NCBI GenBank assembly: GCA_963823665.1
Contig: CAWGMQ010000004.1
Coordinates: 832,001 to 896,000, forward strand
Origin: an uncultured Planctomycetota bacterium
GTDB lineage: Bacteria; Planctomycetota; Planctomycetia; Isosphaerales; Isosphaeraceae
Reading direction: 5' to 3'
Length of the DNA: 64,000 nt
Shown: positions 1-9,839 of the stretch, one piece after another
How the letters are laid out: every line of letters starts with the position of its first letter
How positions within the stretch are numbered: the first letter of the stretch is position 1
Made by a program: the position numbers and the translations under genes
The notes under the pieces: model-generated
Seen by the model: only the letters and a program-made list of their open reading frames with translations
Database searches by the model: none
What the model was told of the DNA's origin: nothing

Positions 1-262
1 CCGGACTAGGAGAGTTGGTCAGGAAGTCGTAGTTGAAGGCGAGCGTGCCCCCGCCGGCCCCGACGGTAATCGTCTGCATGATGGCCGACCCGTTCATCAC
101 CGGCCCGTTGTTGAGGCCGGACAGGCTGCCCTGCGAAAGCCCCAGAAAAGTCTCCAGTTGCGACTCGGGAACCGCGGACTGAGCCCGGACGACCCCGCAG
201 CCCAGGAAGGAGGAGATCGAAATCACCGCGACCCACAGTTTCACTATGTGATAATTGCTCAT
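1..262 (-). CDS. Secreted protein with N-terminal signal peptide (partial, runs off window start)
   Basis: Not in the ORF track. Manual translation from ATG at 262 gives MSNYHIVKLWVAVISISSFLGCGVVRA-QSAVPESQLETFLGLSQGSLSGLNNGPVMNGSAIMQTITVGAGGGTLAFNYDFLTN... An AAGGAG RBS lies just upstream, and the frame is open to position 1. Confidence 0.7.
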   Translation of the reverse strand, partial: MSNYHIVKLWVAVISISSFLGCGVVRAQSAVPESQLETFLGLSQGSLSGLNNGPVMNGSAIMQTITVGAGGGTLAFNYDFLTNSPSP

Positions 263-287
263 TATGTTATCTCCTTGATGTGAGTGC

Positions 288-1019
288 TCAGGTGAAGATG
301 GGCACGTTGGTGTTGTAGAACGCCGCCTCCAGATACTCGAGCGCCAGGGCGAAGTTCAGGATCGCGATGTCGTTTTCGGCTGAGGGCGTCGTCGAGAACG
401 ACAAGGGGGGGCCGCCGTTTAGGCTGGTGATCAATGGTCCTGCATTAGCGACGACCTGTTCTTGCGTGAGCGGGACGTCGAAATTGACCACATCGCCGTT
501 GACGTTGTCTGTCATGATCAGGTTGAGAAGCACATTGATATACCCCGAATGCCTCGCCTCGATGGTCAGGATCGACCCGGCTGCGGCGAGGTAAGCTTTA
601 TTGAAGATGATCGGGGCTGCGCCCAAGTAAGCTCCAACTCCCGTGTTCTCGAGCGCCCGGGAGGTCTGGGCAAAGGTCACCAAGTTAGGCTGGGTGAGGT
701 CGACGAACGAGGGTTGAGGGCGTGCATTGGCTCCCAGCGCATTGACGAGGAACGCCACATGGGCATTCTCATGTGTCTGGATCGCCTCGAATTCCCTCAC
801 GTTCTCTCCCAGATACAGGCTTGGGAGATAATTGGGATTGCCGGCGAAAGCCTGACGCCCGGCAGAAACCGCGAGGGCCGCACCCGCGGCCGCCGCGCCG
901 CGACGGAAGAACGCTCGGCGCCCCGTTCGCTGTGGTTTGCCGGATTTGCCGGCGGCTCCCGGACGCCAGTCAGACCCGAACGAGTCGTCGCTCATTGCCG
1001 CCTTGAGAACGGAATCCAT
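288..1019 (-). CDS. Tat-exported ferritin-like (Ferritin_2-type) domain protein, apparently circularly permuted
   Basis: AAGGAG RBS before ATG 1019. Twin-arginine signal GRRAFFRRGAAAAGAALA. Ferritin_2 motifs HENAHVAFL, LENTGVGAYLGAA, SILTIEARH and DIAILNFALALEYLEAAFY. Confidence 0.85.
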   Translation of the reverse strand: MDSVLKAAMSDDSFGSDWRPGAAGKSGKPQRTGRRAFFRRGAAAAGAALAVSAGRQAFAGNPNYLPSLYLGENVREFEAIQTHENAHVAFLVNALGANARPQPSFVDLTQPNLVTFAQTSRALENTGVGAYLGAAPIIFNKAYLAAAGSILTIEARHSGYINVLLNLIMTDNVNGDVVNFDVPLTQEQVVANAGPLITSLNGGPPLSFSTTPSAENDIAILNFALALEYLEAAFYNTNVPIFT

Positions 1020-1324
1020 GGTAAAACTCCTTGAAAAGGACTCTGACGAACCAAGAAAACACCAGAACCAGAAACCTTGGGGGCGGGCGCGAGACGAAGG
1101 AAATGAAACGGTATAAGTTCGTCCGGCATGACCCCCCAAAGTCGAACCAACCCACGTGAATGGATTGATCTGCGCCACACCGCCTCTTGCGGCGGGGCGC
1201 AATCGCTCCGCCGTCAAGAATGGCCGCGCGCGACACGGCCATGCCCCTGTCGGGGCCACTCGCCAACCGTGCTTCGTGTGTCGCCGGCGCCGGGGCTTTC
1301 ATTTTCCCAGCGGTCGCGATCAGT

Positions 1325-2278
1325 CTAGCTGCAATCGACGTTCAAAATGTCGGTCAGATTGTTGGGCAGCGACGTCGGGTCGACTTCCGGGACCGGCGGT
1401 CGCTGGAAGGCGAGCGCGGTCGAGCCGGTCAACCCGAGCAATATCACAGTCAGGGCCATGACGGGCCAGAGCCAGTGGACATAGAGGCCAACGGTCGTAC
1501 CGAGTGTCAGCTCGGCCATCCTGAGCGCGCCGGCGAACTTGGATTCGAGTGCCGCTCGACGGCCCGCTGCGCCGAGAGTCATTACGCGCACGGTTGATTC
1601 CAGCAGCGGTTGCGGTACCGCGGCCGCCCGGCTGGGATTGAGCAACCAGAGCAGCAACCCGGCGCCGAGACCGGCGCCGCGACGATCGAGTCGCTCGCGC
1701 ATCAACCGGCGCCCTCGCACCAGCCGCGCCTTGACGGTGCCGACCGGCCAAGAGAGCCGCCGCGCGGCTTCTTGGTGTGTGAGTCCTTCCAGGTAGCAGA
1801 GCATGAGCGGCTGTCGATAGGAATCGGGCAGGCGATCCAGCTCGTCCCGGATCATCTGGCGCGTCTCCGGTGTGAGTTCCTGACGAGAATACACGCTCGG
1901 CGACATGTCGGCCAACGTCCTTTCGAGCACTCGCCGCCGCGCAGCGCGGCAACGCGACCTGACGGCTGTACGGTAGGCCACGCCACGGAGCCATCCTCCC
2001 AGGGCCTCAGGATCCTGAATCGACGGTGCTTTCCGAACCAGCACCAAGAACGTGGCCTGAAACGCATCCTCCGCCTCGTGCGCGTCTTGGAGCACGCCGC
2101 GACAGACCTGAAGCACGGCCGGTCCGTGCCGGGCCACCAGGTTCCGGAAGGCCGCCGAGTCGCGTTCCTTCACAAAGCAATCGAGCAACTGGCTATCGCT
2201 GGCAGCAGTTTGCCGCATGTTTGTCCTCGTAACCCAGCGGTGGCCGACGTGTTTGTCGGCTGGCGCCTTGGTGATCAC
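1325..2278 (-). CDS. ECF-type sigma-70 factor with C-terminal transmembrane extension
   Basis: SDSQLLDCF...AFRNLVARHGPAV...EAEDAFQATFLVL (sigma2) and LCYLEGLTHQEAARRLSWPVGTVKARLVRGR (sigma4), followed by hydrophobic segments. Start could be ATG at about 2218. Confidence 0.9.
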   Translation of the reverse strand: MITKAPADKHVGHRWVTRTNMRQTAASDSQLLDCFVKERDSAAFRNLVARHGPAVLQVCRGVLQDAHEAEDAFQATFLVLVRKAPSIQDPEALGGWLRGVAYRTAVRSRCRAARRRVLERTLADMSPSVYSRQELTPETRQMIRDELDRLPDSYRQPLMLCYLEGLTHQEAARRLSWPVGTVKARLVRGRRLMRERLDRRGAGLGAGLLLWLLNPSRAAAVPQPLLESTVRVMTLGAAGRRAALESKFAGALRMAELTLGTTVGLYVHWLWPVMALTVILLGLTGSTALAFQRPPVPEVDPTSLPNNLTDILNVDCS

Positions 2279-2645
2279 TATACTCTGCGGTCCGGTGCGG
2301 GAATGGGTTCAACTTTCTCAGATAATTCGGTCGGGAGGCAAGGGGTTTCGTGGCGGAGAATAAAGAAACCAGGAAGGTAGGAACGGAGAGGCAATGGGGC
2401 AAGGATTGTTCGGGCGATTTCCGTAACGGTGGCTTGGCTGGCTCTCGATCGAGTAGACTGAGCTGGGATCGAGATTCGGCTCAAGCGATCCGATTGGAAG
2501 CGTCGATGGGGTCGGTTGCTGGTCGCTGCGAGATTATTGCAGTGCGGTGAATTCGCCAATAGCAGGAATGACACGCGTGTTGCACGAAACGACCGACGAG
2601 GCGGGAACACGAGGCCGTGCGCACCATGGAGTCGACCGTGCCCCG

Positions 2646-3294
2646 ATGCGCGACGTGCCCGATCACCAGACGATCGCTGACCTCCTCAAGCGTCTGGGAG
2701 GAGTGTCGGCCGCCAGGGTTCGGCTTCAGCCGTCGCCGGGCACTGCCACCGAGCGCGACGTCGTCGCGGTGCACGACCGCGAGAACCGCCTGTTCGAGCT
2801 GGTCGACGGGACACTCGTGGAGAAGGTGATGGGGTTCGACGAATCACGGTTCGCAGTTCTGCTTGCGACGTATCTCGTCAATTATCTCGAGCGACATGAT
2901 CTGGGGGCCATTGTCGGAGCCGACGGGATGATGAGGCTTTTCCCCGGGCTGGTCCGGATCCCGGACGTGGCATTCATCTCTTCGGCGCGCTACCCGAAGC
3001 GGAAGCGCCGGCGGGGGGAGATTCCGCACGTCGTGCCGGACCTGATCGTCGAGGTGCTCAGCAAGGGAAACACTCCGAAAGAAATGGCGCAAGCTCGACG
3101 AGTATTTCCGCGCCGGCGTTCGGCTGGTCTGGTACGTCGATCCCGCGAAGCGGAGCGTCCGCGTCTACACAGGGCGGGAACAGTCGACCTTGTTTCGTGA
3201 GAATCAGACGCTCGACGGCGGCGATGTGCTGCCAGGGTTTTCGCTGAAGATTCGCGAGTGGTTCCGGCGGGCGGAACGGAGTACGCCGCGTTAG
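2646..3294 (+). CDS. Uma2 family (DUF820) endonuclease-like protein, frameshifted near 3090
   Basis: ELVDGTLVEK, RIPDVAFIS, PDLIVEVLSKGNT. A second frame continues KLDEYFRAGVRLVWYVDP...LDGGDVLPGFSLKI to TAG at 3294. Start uncertain. Confidence 0.85.
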
Positions 3295-3321
3295 GCAGCC
3301 TGGCTCGCGGTCATTCCCAGC

Positions 3322-6300
3322 TCACGGCCGATCGGTACTGAGCACGAACGCGGCCCAGTTGTATGGCGGTAGTTTATCGGACTGCGGTCCGTCTTCTCGC
3401 TTCAATCCACCGCCGTCGAGGTCGCCACGTAGCATTGAGAGCTGTGCTTCACGCAATGCTTGGGCTGGGGACTGGTTTTTTCGCCAGAGGTTTTCGTAGA
3501 AGCGGGCCATCAGTGCACGAGTGGGCTCGTCGCCGACCTTCCAGAGGCTGGCCACAACCGAGTGCGCTCCGGCGACCTGGAATGCGCGCTGGAGGCCGAG
3601 CAACCCCTCGCCGCCGGCGACCTCGCCCAGGCCGGTTTCGCACGCGGAGAGCACGGCCAGCTCGACACCGGAGAGATCGAGCTCGGCGACCTCGAGGGCG
3701 GTCAGGATGCCGTCGTCGTAGCCGATGGGCGTGGGGCGGATGTTGGCGCCGGCCAGCGCAATGCCGGAAAGCAGGCCGGGATGATAGCCGGCCACGCCGG
3801 CACCGCCCAAGCTGTCGATTCCCGGGCGTTTCGTGTGTGAATCGGCCGAGGCGAGCGCCGATCGAAGCGACGCAGGGGCGAAGTAACCGTGGGTTGCGAA
3901 ATGCAGGTAGCGGGACTTCGGGGCGAGCTGGCGAATTGATTCTTCGGTCGCCTTGTCTCCGCGCAGCACCTGGGGACGAGGGGCTTCGGGGAAACGCCCT
4001 TCAAATGAGTCGCGGATTTCCAGTATCTCTTCGCCAGTGGAGTCGAGCGGTCCGAAATCACGTTGAGCGCCGGCGCGAGTGTCGACGGCCGCGGATCGCT
4101 GCTCGCCCTGGTCGGTCGCTCGTTCGGCTTGGCCGTCGTAGTTGATGTCGCCGGCGAGCAGAAGCGTCGCTTTGGACTCGAGGGCGATCGAATGGCCGCC
4201 ACCTACCGGCTCGTCACCACCCATCATCCGCGGGACGGGAATCAGGGCGATTGATCGCTCCTCGATCAGGTAACGGCCCGGATCCTTCCCCGGCAGGGCC
4301 GCCAGGGGAACCAGGCCGATCGGGCCGTCGGGTGAGATGAGCACCGACGTGGCGCCTTCCAGGTGGGGTTCCAGAGGCTCCCAGATGAGACGCCGCAAAT
4401 TACGAGCTGGTTCGCTGCTGGTGGTTGCCGGATTCCGGCTGATCAACAGGGGGCGCCAGTCGTCCGTTGCCTTTTGAATCGCTGCGAGGGAACCCAGCTC
4501 GACGCGCACGATCGGACGACCCTGCCTGAGCACAAATGCGACGACGTGGCGTTCAAAGAGTAACTCGCCCTTGCCTGTGTCGGGGGGGCAACACAGCGTA
4601 TAAACCAAAAAGTCGACGAGTGCAGTCACTGTGTTCGGCAAAGTCGCTTGAAGCTGCTCGGGAGTGCGTTCGATCTTCTGTGCGGCGCGGAAGCTCGCAT
4701 CGAGACGAGAAAGCTCTGCTTCGAGCTCGTCCTTGCGGCGGGACAATTCCTCGAGCCGCGATTTCCATTGCTCGGACTTCTTCGGATCTGGCGCCGACAG
4801 CGCCATGGTCGAGAGCTGGGTCACGGTTTGTGTGTACTCGTCAAACCGCCTGCCGGCCTCGGAGCCCGGGCTCGCCCGGTGCTGGCGACGCTGGATCCGA
4901 AGCTGGCGCTGGCGCTCGAGCACGGCTCCCTTGGCGGCGAGGACGTGGCGGTAATGGTCGCGTGCCGAGATTCTGGCGAGCGGCGACAAAGACAGGTATG
5001 TATCGAGCAGGAACCGGAGGTCCTGCGCCATGGCCAGTTGCTGGCGCTCGGATTGCACCGCGGCGGCCAAGTCGAGGTTGCCTTCTGCGATCTCGAGGGC
5101 TTTTGTCATCAGCGGATTTGCCGCGGTGACATCGCTTTGGGCCCAGGCAAGAAGACCAAGATTATTCAAGCTGACCGCGTAATCGGGGTGCCGCTCGCCA
5201 AGTACTTCCTTGCGGATCGCCAGCGCCCGCTCGTACAGCGGCCGTGCGGCGGCAAAGGCGCCCTGCGATTCGAGCAACGACGCCAGGTTGTCCAGGCTCG
5301 CGGCATAAGCTGGATGCCGCTCGCCAAGCGCCTCCTTTTGAATTGTCAGCGCTCGCTCGCAGAGCGGGCGCGCGGCGGCGTAGTCTCCCTGCCGCTTGAG
5401 CAATGCGGCCAGATTGATCAGGCTCATGGCGAAGTCGGGGTGGCGCTCGCCAACTGCCTCCTTGTAAATCGCGCGTGCCTGCTCGTACATCGGTCGTGCG
5501 GCGGCGTGATCTCCCTGCGATTCGAGCAACGAGGCCAGGTTGTTCAGGCTCATGGCGTAGTCGACGTGGTGCTCGCCAACTACCTCCTTGTAAATCGCCA
5601 TCGCCTGCTCCAAGAGCGGGCGCGCGGCGGCGAAGTCTCCCTGCCGCTTGAGCAATGCGGCCAGGTTGCCCAGGCTCAGGGCATAGGCGGGGTGCCGCTC
5701 GCCAAACACCTCCCTGCGGATCGCCAGCGCCTGCTCCAAGAGCGGGCGCGCGGCGGCGTAGTCTCCCTGCAATCCGAGCAGTGTGGCCAGGTCGTTCAAG
5801 CTCATGGAGTAGTCGGGGTGGCGCTCGCCAAGTACCTCCTTGCGGATCGCTAGCGCTCGCTCGTACAGAGGGCGAGCGGTGGCGTACTCTCCCTGCGAAT
5901 GGAGCAACGTGGCGAGGTTGTTCAGGCTCAGGGCGTAATCGGGGTGGCGCTCGCCAAGTGCCTCCTTGCGGATCGCCAGCGCCCGCTCGTACATCGGTCG
6001 GGCGGCGGCGTAGTCTAGCAATGCGGCCAGGTTGCTCAGGCTCGTGGCGTAGGCGGGGTGCCGCTCACCAAGTACCTCCTTCTGGATCGCCAGCGCCTGC
6101 TCACAGAGCGGTCGTGCGGCGGCGTAGTCTCCCTGCGATCGGAGCACGTAGGCCAGGTTGTTCAGGCTTGTGGCGTAGTCGGGTTGCCGCTCACCGAGCA
6201 ACTCCTTGCGGATCGCCAACTCGCGACGCGCCAATTCCGCGGATTCGGCATACTTTGCCTGGTCGTAGAGAGCGAGGGAACTTTGGTTCAAGCGACTGGC

Positions 6301-6765
6301 TTGTGCCAATCGCTCTCGTTGTTCACCGGTGAGCGAGGCCTGGCGCTTCACGTTGTCTAGCGCGAGGCGCGCGTCGGTTGTCTCCCAGTGGGCCTCGCCA
6401 AGCCGCTTTCTTACGATTTGCAATGCTTCTTGTCGCGCGGCTGTGGCTGCTGCGAACTCATTCTTCTCAAGATTGAGCTGGGCGAGCCAGCCGAGCGAGA
6501 TGCCCAGGTTGGGATCGTCTGCGGCCAGGATCTTGCGCTCGATCGCGATCATCGCCTGGGCGGCCGTGATCGCCTCGGCGAGCTTGCCGTGCCCGCGCAG
6601 CGTCATACTCTCGTTCGCGAGTCGGACACACTCCTTGAGCTGTGCATTGGCCTTGTCGGACGGCTGTTGGGAGAATGCGACCGCTCTTGTTGCAGGCCGG
6701 GCATGCCACGCCAAGAGCGTGAGGATGGCGATGATTCCAATGCGAGAAGCCAGGCTTCGGCTCAT
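3322..6765 (-). CDS. CHAT-domain (caspase-like) protein with kinesin-light-chain-type TPR repeats and N-terminal signal/anchor
   Basis: About nine 42-aa repeats (LGERHPDYAxSLNNLA). CHAT motifs LHFATHG, VLSACETGLG and VVASLWKV. Hydrophobic N-terminus after MSRSLASR (6765). Confidence 0.92.
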   Translation of the reverse strand: MSRSLASRIGIIAILTLLAWHARPATRAVAFSQQPSDKANAQLKECVRLANESMTLRGHGKLAEAITAAQAMIAIERKILAADDPNLGISLGWLAQLNLEKNEFAAATAARQEALQIVRKRLGEAHWETTDARLALDNVKRQASLTGEQRERLAQASRLNQSSLALYDQAKYAESAELARRELAIRKELLGERQPDYATSLNNLAYVLRSQGDYAAARPLCEQALAIQKEVLGERHPAYATSLSNLAALLDYAAARPMYERALAIRKEALGERHPDYALSLNNLATLLHSQGEYATARPLYERALAIRKEVLGERHPDYSMSLNDLATLLGLQGDYAAARPLLEQALAIRREVFGERHPAYALSLGNLAALLKRQGDFAAARPLLEQAMAIYKEVVGEHHVDYAMSLNNLASLLESQGDHAAARPMYEQARAIYKEAVGERHPDFAMSLINLAALLKRQGDYAAARPLCERALTIQKEALGERHPAYAASLDNLASLLESQGAFAAARPLYERALAIRKEVLGERHPDYAVSLNNLGLLAWAQSDVTAANPLMTKALEIAEGNLDLAAAVQSERQQLAMAQDLRFLLDTYLSLSPLARISARDHYRHVLAAKGAVLERQRQLRIQRRQHRASPGSEAGRRFDEYTQTVTQLSTMALSAPDPKKSEQWKSRLEELSRRKDELEAELSRLDASFRAAQKIERTPEQLQATLPNTVTALVDFLVYTLCCPPDTGKGELLFERHVVAFVLRQGRPIVRVELGSLAAIQKATDDWRPLLISRNPATTSSEPARNLRRLIWEPLEPHLEGATSVLISPDGPIGLVPLAALPGKDPGRYLIEERSIALIPVPRMMGGDEPVGGGHSIALESKATLLLAGDINYDGQAERATDQGEQRSAAVDTRAGAQRDFGPLDSTGEEILEIRDSFEGRFPEAPRPQVLRGDKATEESIRQLAPKSRYLHFATHGYFAPASLRSALASADSHTKRPGIDSLGGAGVAGYHPGLLSGIALAGANIRPTPIGYDDGILTALEVAELDLSGVELAVLSACETGLGEVAGGEGLLGLQRAFQVAGAHSVVASLWKVGDEPTRALMARFYENLWRKNQSPAQALREAQLSMLRGDLDGGGLKREDGPQSDKLPPYNWAAFVLSTDRP
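5150..6240 (-). repeat. Intragenic 126-bp tandem TPR repeats
   Basis: Recurring gggtggcgctcgccaa-type units at about 126-bp spacing. One unit near 6010 carries an in-frame 12-bp deletion (LAALL|DYAAARP). Confidence 0.85.
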
Positions 6766-6872
6766 GAACGATCTCCCGGATGATGTGATCGCGATCCGAT
6801 GCAGCGCCGCGGCCCATGCGATCTCTCGGTGATCGACACGTTTCGCATTCTCGCGGACAGAAGGCAGTCGAG

Positions 6873-7262
6873 TCAAATTCTTGCGCGGGAGGCGGTGAAC
6901 GATTCGGCGTTTGCTGTTGCGCGACGGCTCTGCGGCGGTGGCCAACGGAGCTGGACCTCGTAAGTGATGCGGCCGGCCTGGCCCTTGGGCGTCTTCGTGA
7001 TCGTGACACTCTTGATTTCCTTTTCGGTTTCAAGATCACCGAGCCCAAACTCGGCCGTGTCGGTCCTGGTGCGTATTGTGCCGGTGATGGTCGCCGGGGG
7101 TAGGTTCGGAGCGATCTGGATGGTCTAGGAGAGACTTAAATCGGTATTCGGCTTGACGTTCATGACCGACACCAAGCCGGCATGAACCGCGCGACACTGG
7201 GCCACCCCGACGAGAGCCGTCGCGGTGACGAGGTGGTGACGAGCGAGTCGACGCACACGCAT
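6873..7262 (-). pseudogene. Degraded secreted protein gene
   Basis: Signal-like MRVRRLARHHLVTATALVGVAQCRAVHAGLVSV, then an in-frame TAG at about 7125 and a frameshift into a coding-like stretch ATITGTIRTRTDTAEFGLGDLETEKEIKSVTITK. Confidence 0.3.
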
Positions 7263-7415
7263 GCTGGACCTCTGCGCGAGGCGAATCGGTCCGAGTTCCT
7301 TGGCCGCTGGATGTAAATCGGCGACTATCACCATAATCATAAGCTGGGCGTCTCGCAGCAACGAAACAACGCCCGGTGTTGGGGTTGCCAATGGCGTGTT
7401 GCGAGGAGACGACGT

Positions 7416-8129
7416 ATGGATCTGGCGACATGTAACACGCTCGCCGAGTTTACAAAGCTCATCGAGGAAACGTGCCTCGATCAGTCAATCACTCTTTTTC
7501 GCGGGCAGTCGGGTGACTTTCCGCTTCTTCCGTCGATTGCCAGAGAGCGCCTCACTGATGACGTCTTGGTCATTGAAGAGTTGATGCTCCACGAGTTCCG
7601 GAGGCACAGTGTTCCGTTCTTGAAGGTCGTGCCCGCAACTCTGTGGGAGTGGGTCGCGCTCGCCCAGCATCACGGGCTTCCGACCCGTCTCCTGGATTGG
7701 TCCTCCAATCCCCTGCGCTCTGGTTTGCGGTTAAGAGGCCAGCCTGTGACGGACGAAACGGTGTGCTCTGGATTTTGCGGCCGAGCGATGAAGACTTCGC
7801 GACCGAATTCAATACAAACTCGCTCGATTGTCGGCGTCACTTGGTGTTCGCGCCCCAGCAAATAACGGAAAGAATCACCGCGCAGGTGGCGTGGTTCACC
7901 GTCCACAGCGCGAGCGCACAGCATCCGACCTTTGAGCCACTCGAAGAAGCGGCTGAATTTCAGGGCAAACTTACGAAAGTTCAGATCCCAGCCAATCGCT
8001 TCGCCCACCTCCGATTTCATCTGAATCGGTGCGGCGTGAACTGTGCTTCCGTATTTCCCGGACTCGACGGTCTCTGCGCATATTCGCTGGCAGCGGTGCT
8101 ATCTCCCGGACGAGGGGAATTCCGGATGA
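7416..8129 (+). CDS. FRG domain protein (frameshifts near 7715 and 8083)
   Basis: LFRGQSGDFPLLPSIAR and AQHHGLPTRLLDWSSNPL, continuing in another frame as ALWFAV...RITAQVAWFTVH...GVNCASVFPGLDGL. Confidence 0.88.
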
Positions 8130-8147
8130 CGTCTGGCGGGGCTATCA

Positions 8148-8381
8148 CGGGGTCCGGAGTCGTCGCCCACGCTGGGCGACCTCGCGAATCGCAAGTTCCT
8201 CGCGGTGAGCGGGCAGACGTCGCTTCACGAGGTCATGACGCACGCGGGCGCGGCCGGTGCCGACGTGGTGCTCGTCACCGAGGGATCCGGGAACGTGTCG
8301 AGCCGTGGAGTTCTGGGATTGATCACAAAGGCGCAGATCGCGACGACGGAGATCGATGCGCTCTCGGTTTTTACCGATTGA
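8148..8381 (+). pseudogene. C-terminal CBS-domain-like gene remnant
   Basis: Manual translation TLGDLANRKFLAVSGQTSLHEVMTHAGAAGADVVLVTEGSGNVSSRGVLGLITKAQIATTEIDALSVFTD*. It fits a CBS pattern (V..GxITxxxI) and has no N-terminal part. Confidence 0.5.
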
Positions 8382-8799
8382 CATCGATCCCGGTGAGCGG
8401 GGTGTTGGCGGCGGCCAAGGCATGGGTTCGGGCGAACCAGCAGGCAAGGGTAAGCAGGGCCGGGATGATCGTGGCGGTGAGGAACGCCAGGAACAAAAGG
8501 TACTGCCTGCCCGCGATCGCCTGCGAGATCGCCAGACCGCCGAAGAAAGCGAGCGACCCGAGGATGGTGAGAATGCTGCCAGTAGCCTGCCAGCGCCAGA
8601 GAGTCGCCAGCCCGATCAGGATCGTCAAGTGGGCGAGCTGTGCCAGCCACACCCAGACCGGCGGGAGCCCCTTGGCTGGATGCGAGAACCATTCTTGCAG
8701 ATGCTCGACGAAAAACGCTCCCCACAACAAGAACAGTCCAAGGGCCAGGATCCGGCCGGTCCAGCAGAGGATGCTCATGGTGCGCGCGCTCGGTGTCAT
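8371..8799 (-). CDS. Hypothetical integral membrane protein (about 4 TM)
   Basis: Hydrophobic ORF: GRILALGLFLLWGAFFVEHLQEWF...LAFLTATIIPALLTLACW. Confidence 0.7.
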   Translation of the reverse strand: MTPSARTMSILCWTGRILALGLFLLWGAFFVEHLQEWFSHPAKGLPPVWVWLAQLAHLTILIGLATLWRWQATGSILTILGSLAFFGGLAISQAIAGRQYLLFLAFLTATIIPALLTLACWFARTHALAAANTPLTGIDVNR

Positions 8800-8951
8800 G
8801 GCATGCTTACTCTTGTTTGAGAACAAGACCCACGGGGGGCTCTCTTGCTTTCTCTCTTTCTCTATATGATGAGCAGTGGCGCACGAAATGTGCCATCAAC
8901 GGGCAAAAAAGGGCAAGCACACCCTTCGCGACTCGAGATTGGAGAGCCGGC

Positions 8952-9839
8952 GTGAGCACCCTGAACGCCTGGGTGGTCTACCATATCGCAAGTGGTCACG
9001 CGTTTTTCTCAGGGATCGCCTTGCTCGGGCTCGCGGGGCTTTCCGCCTTCTTTAGAGGTGGCCGCTGGCTGGCTTTCTGTCGAGTGCTTCTGACATCCGC
9101 GGGCGCGCTCCTGGTTGCTGTCTCATCGACGCCGTTGCCGGTCTGGTTCTATGGCATTGCCGGAGCCGTCACGCTCGCCTGGGTCGCCGTGGAGTGTTTG
9201 ATCAAGCCGATACATCGGCGGTTGGGGCGCATGCTCCGTTGCGCGATGCTGGCGGTGTGGTGTCTGGGGATCGCGCTCGAAGTGCCGTATCACGTGATGC
9301 TCGCCGTGCCGCGTTTACCGGATGCGAAAGTGTTCCTCATCGGCGATTCGCTCAGCGCGGGAATCAATGGGGAGAAGGAAACGTGGCCCAAGCTGTTTTC
9401 GCGGTCGCATGACGTTGTGTTTGCCGACCTATCACGCTCTGGCGCCGGCACCGCGGAGGCGATGCGGCAGGCCGAGCAAGTGAACGTGAGCGGGCCGACG
9501 GCGCTCGTGCTCGTGGAGATCGGGGGCAACGATGTGCTCCGCGCGTACAAGCCCGAGGCATACGAGCGGGCGCTTGATGCCTTGCTGGCGAAACTTCGCG
9601 GCGGCGGGCGTACTGTCGTCATGCTCGAGTTGCCGTTGCCGCCGTTTCATAATCGGTATGGCGATGCCCAAAGGCGAATGGCCAAGCGTCACGGAGTGCT
9701 TCTGGTGCCCAAACGGGTGCTAATCGGGATCTTGACGTCAAAAGGTGCCACCGTGGATTCGATTCACCTGTCTCGTCGCGGGCATGAACTCATGGCCAAG
9801 ACGGTATCGGGCATCATTGATCAGGTGATTCGACCCTGA
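8952..9839 (+). CDS. SGNH/GDSL hydrolase (TesA-like) with N-terminal membrane segments
   Basis: IGDSLSAG (block I), EIGGNDVL (block III), DSIH (block V). GTG start after GGAG. Confidence 0.88.
   Translation: MSTLNAWVVYHIASGHAFFSGIALLGLAGLSAFFRGGRWLAFCRVLLTSAGALLVAVSSTPLPVWFYGIAGAVTLAWVAVECLIKPIHRRLGRMLRCAMLAVWCLGIALEVPYHVMLAVPRLPDAKVFLIGDSLSAGINGEKETWPKLFSRSHDVVFADLSRSGAGTAEAMRQAEQVNVSGPTALVLVEIGGNDVLRAYKPEAYERALDALLAKLRGGGRTVVMLELPLPPFHNRYGDAQRRMAKRHGVLLVPKRVLIGILTSKGATVDSIHLSRRGHELMAKTVSGIIDQVIRP

Noticed and set aside
5150..6240. Regular DNA repeats here and at 54950-58740 as a CRISPR array or diversity-generating retroelement
   Set aside because: The periods are codon multiples (126 and 264 bp) inside ORFs. 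There are no unique spacers, no cas or reverse transcriptase gene, and no adenine-specific variation.
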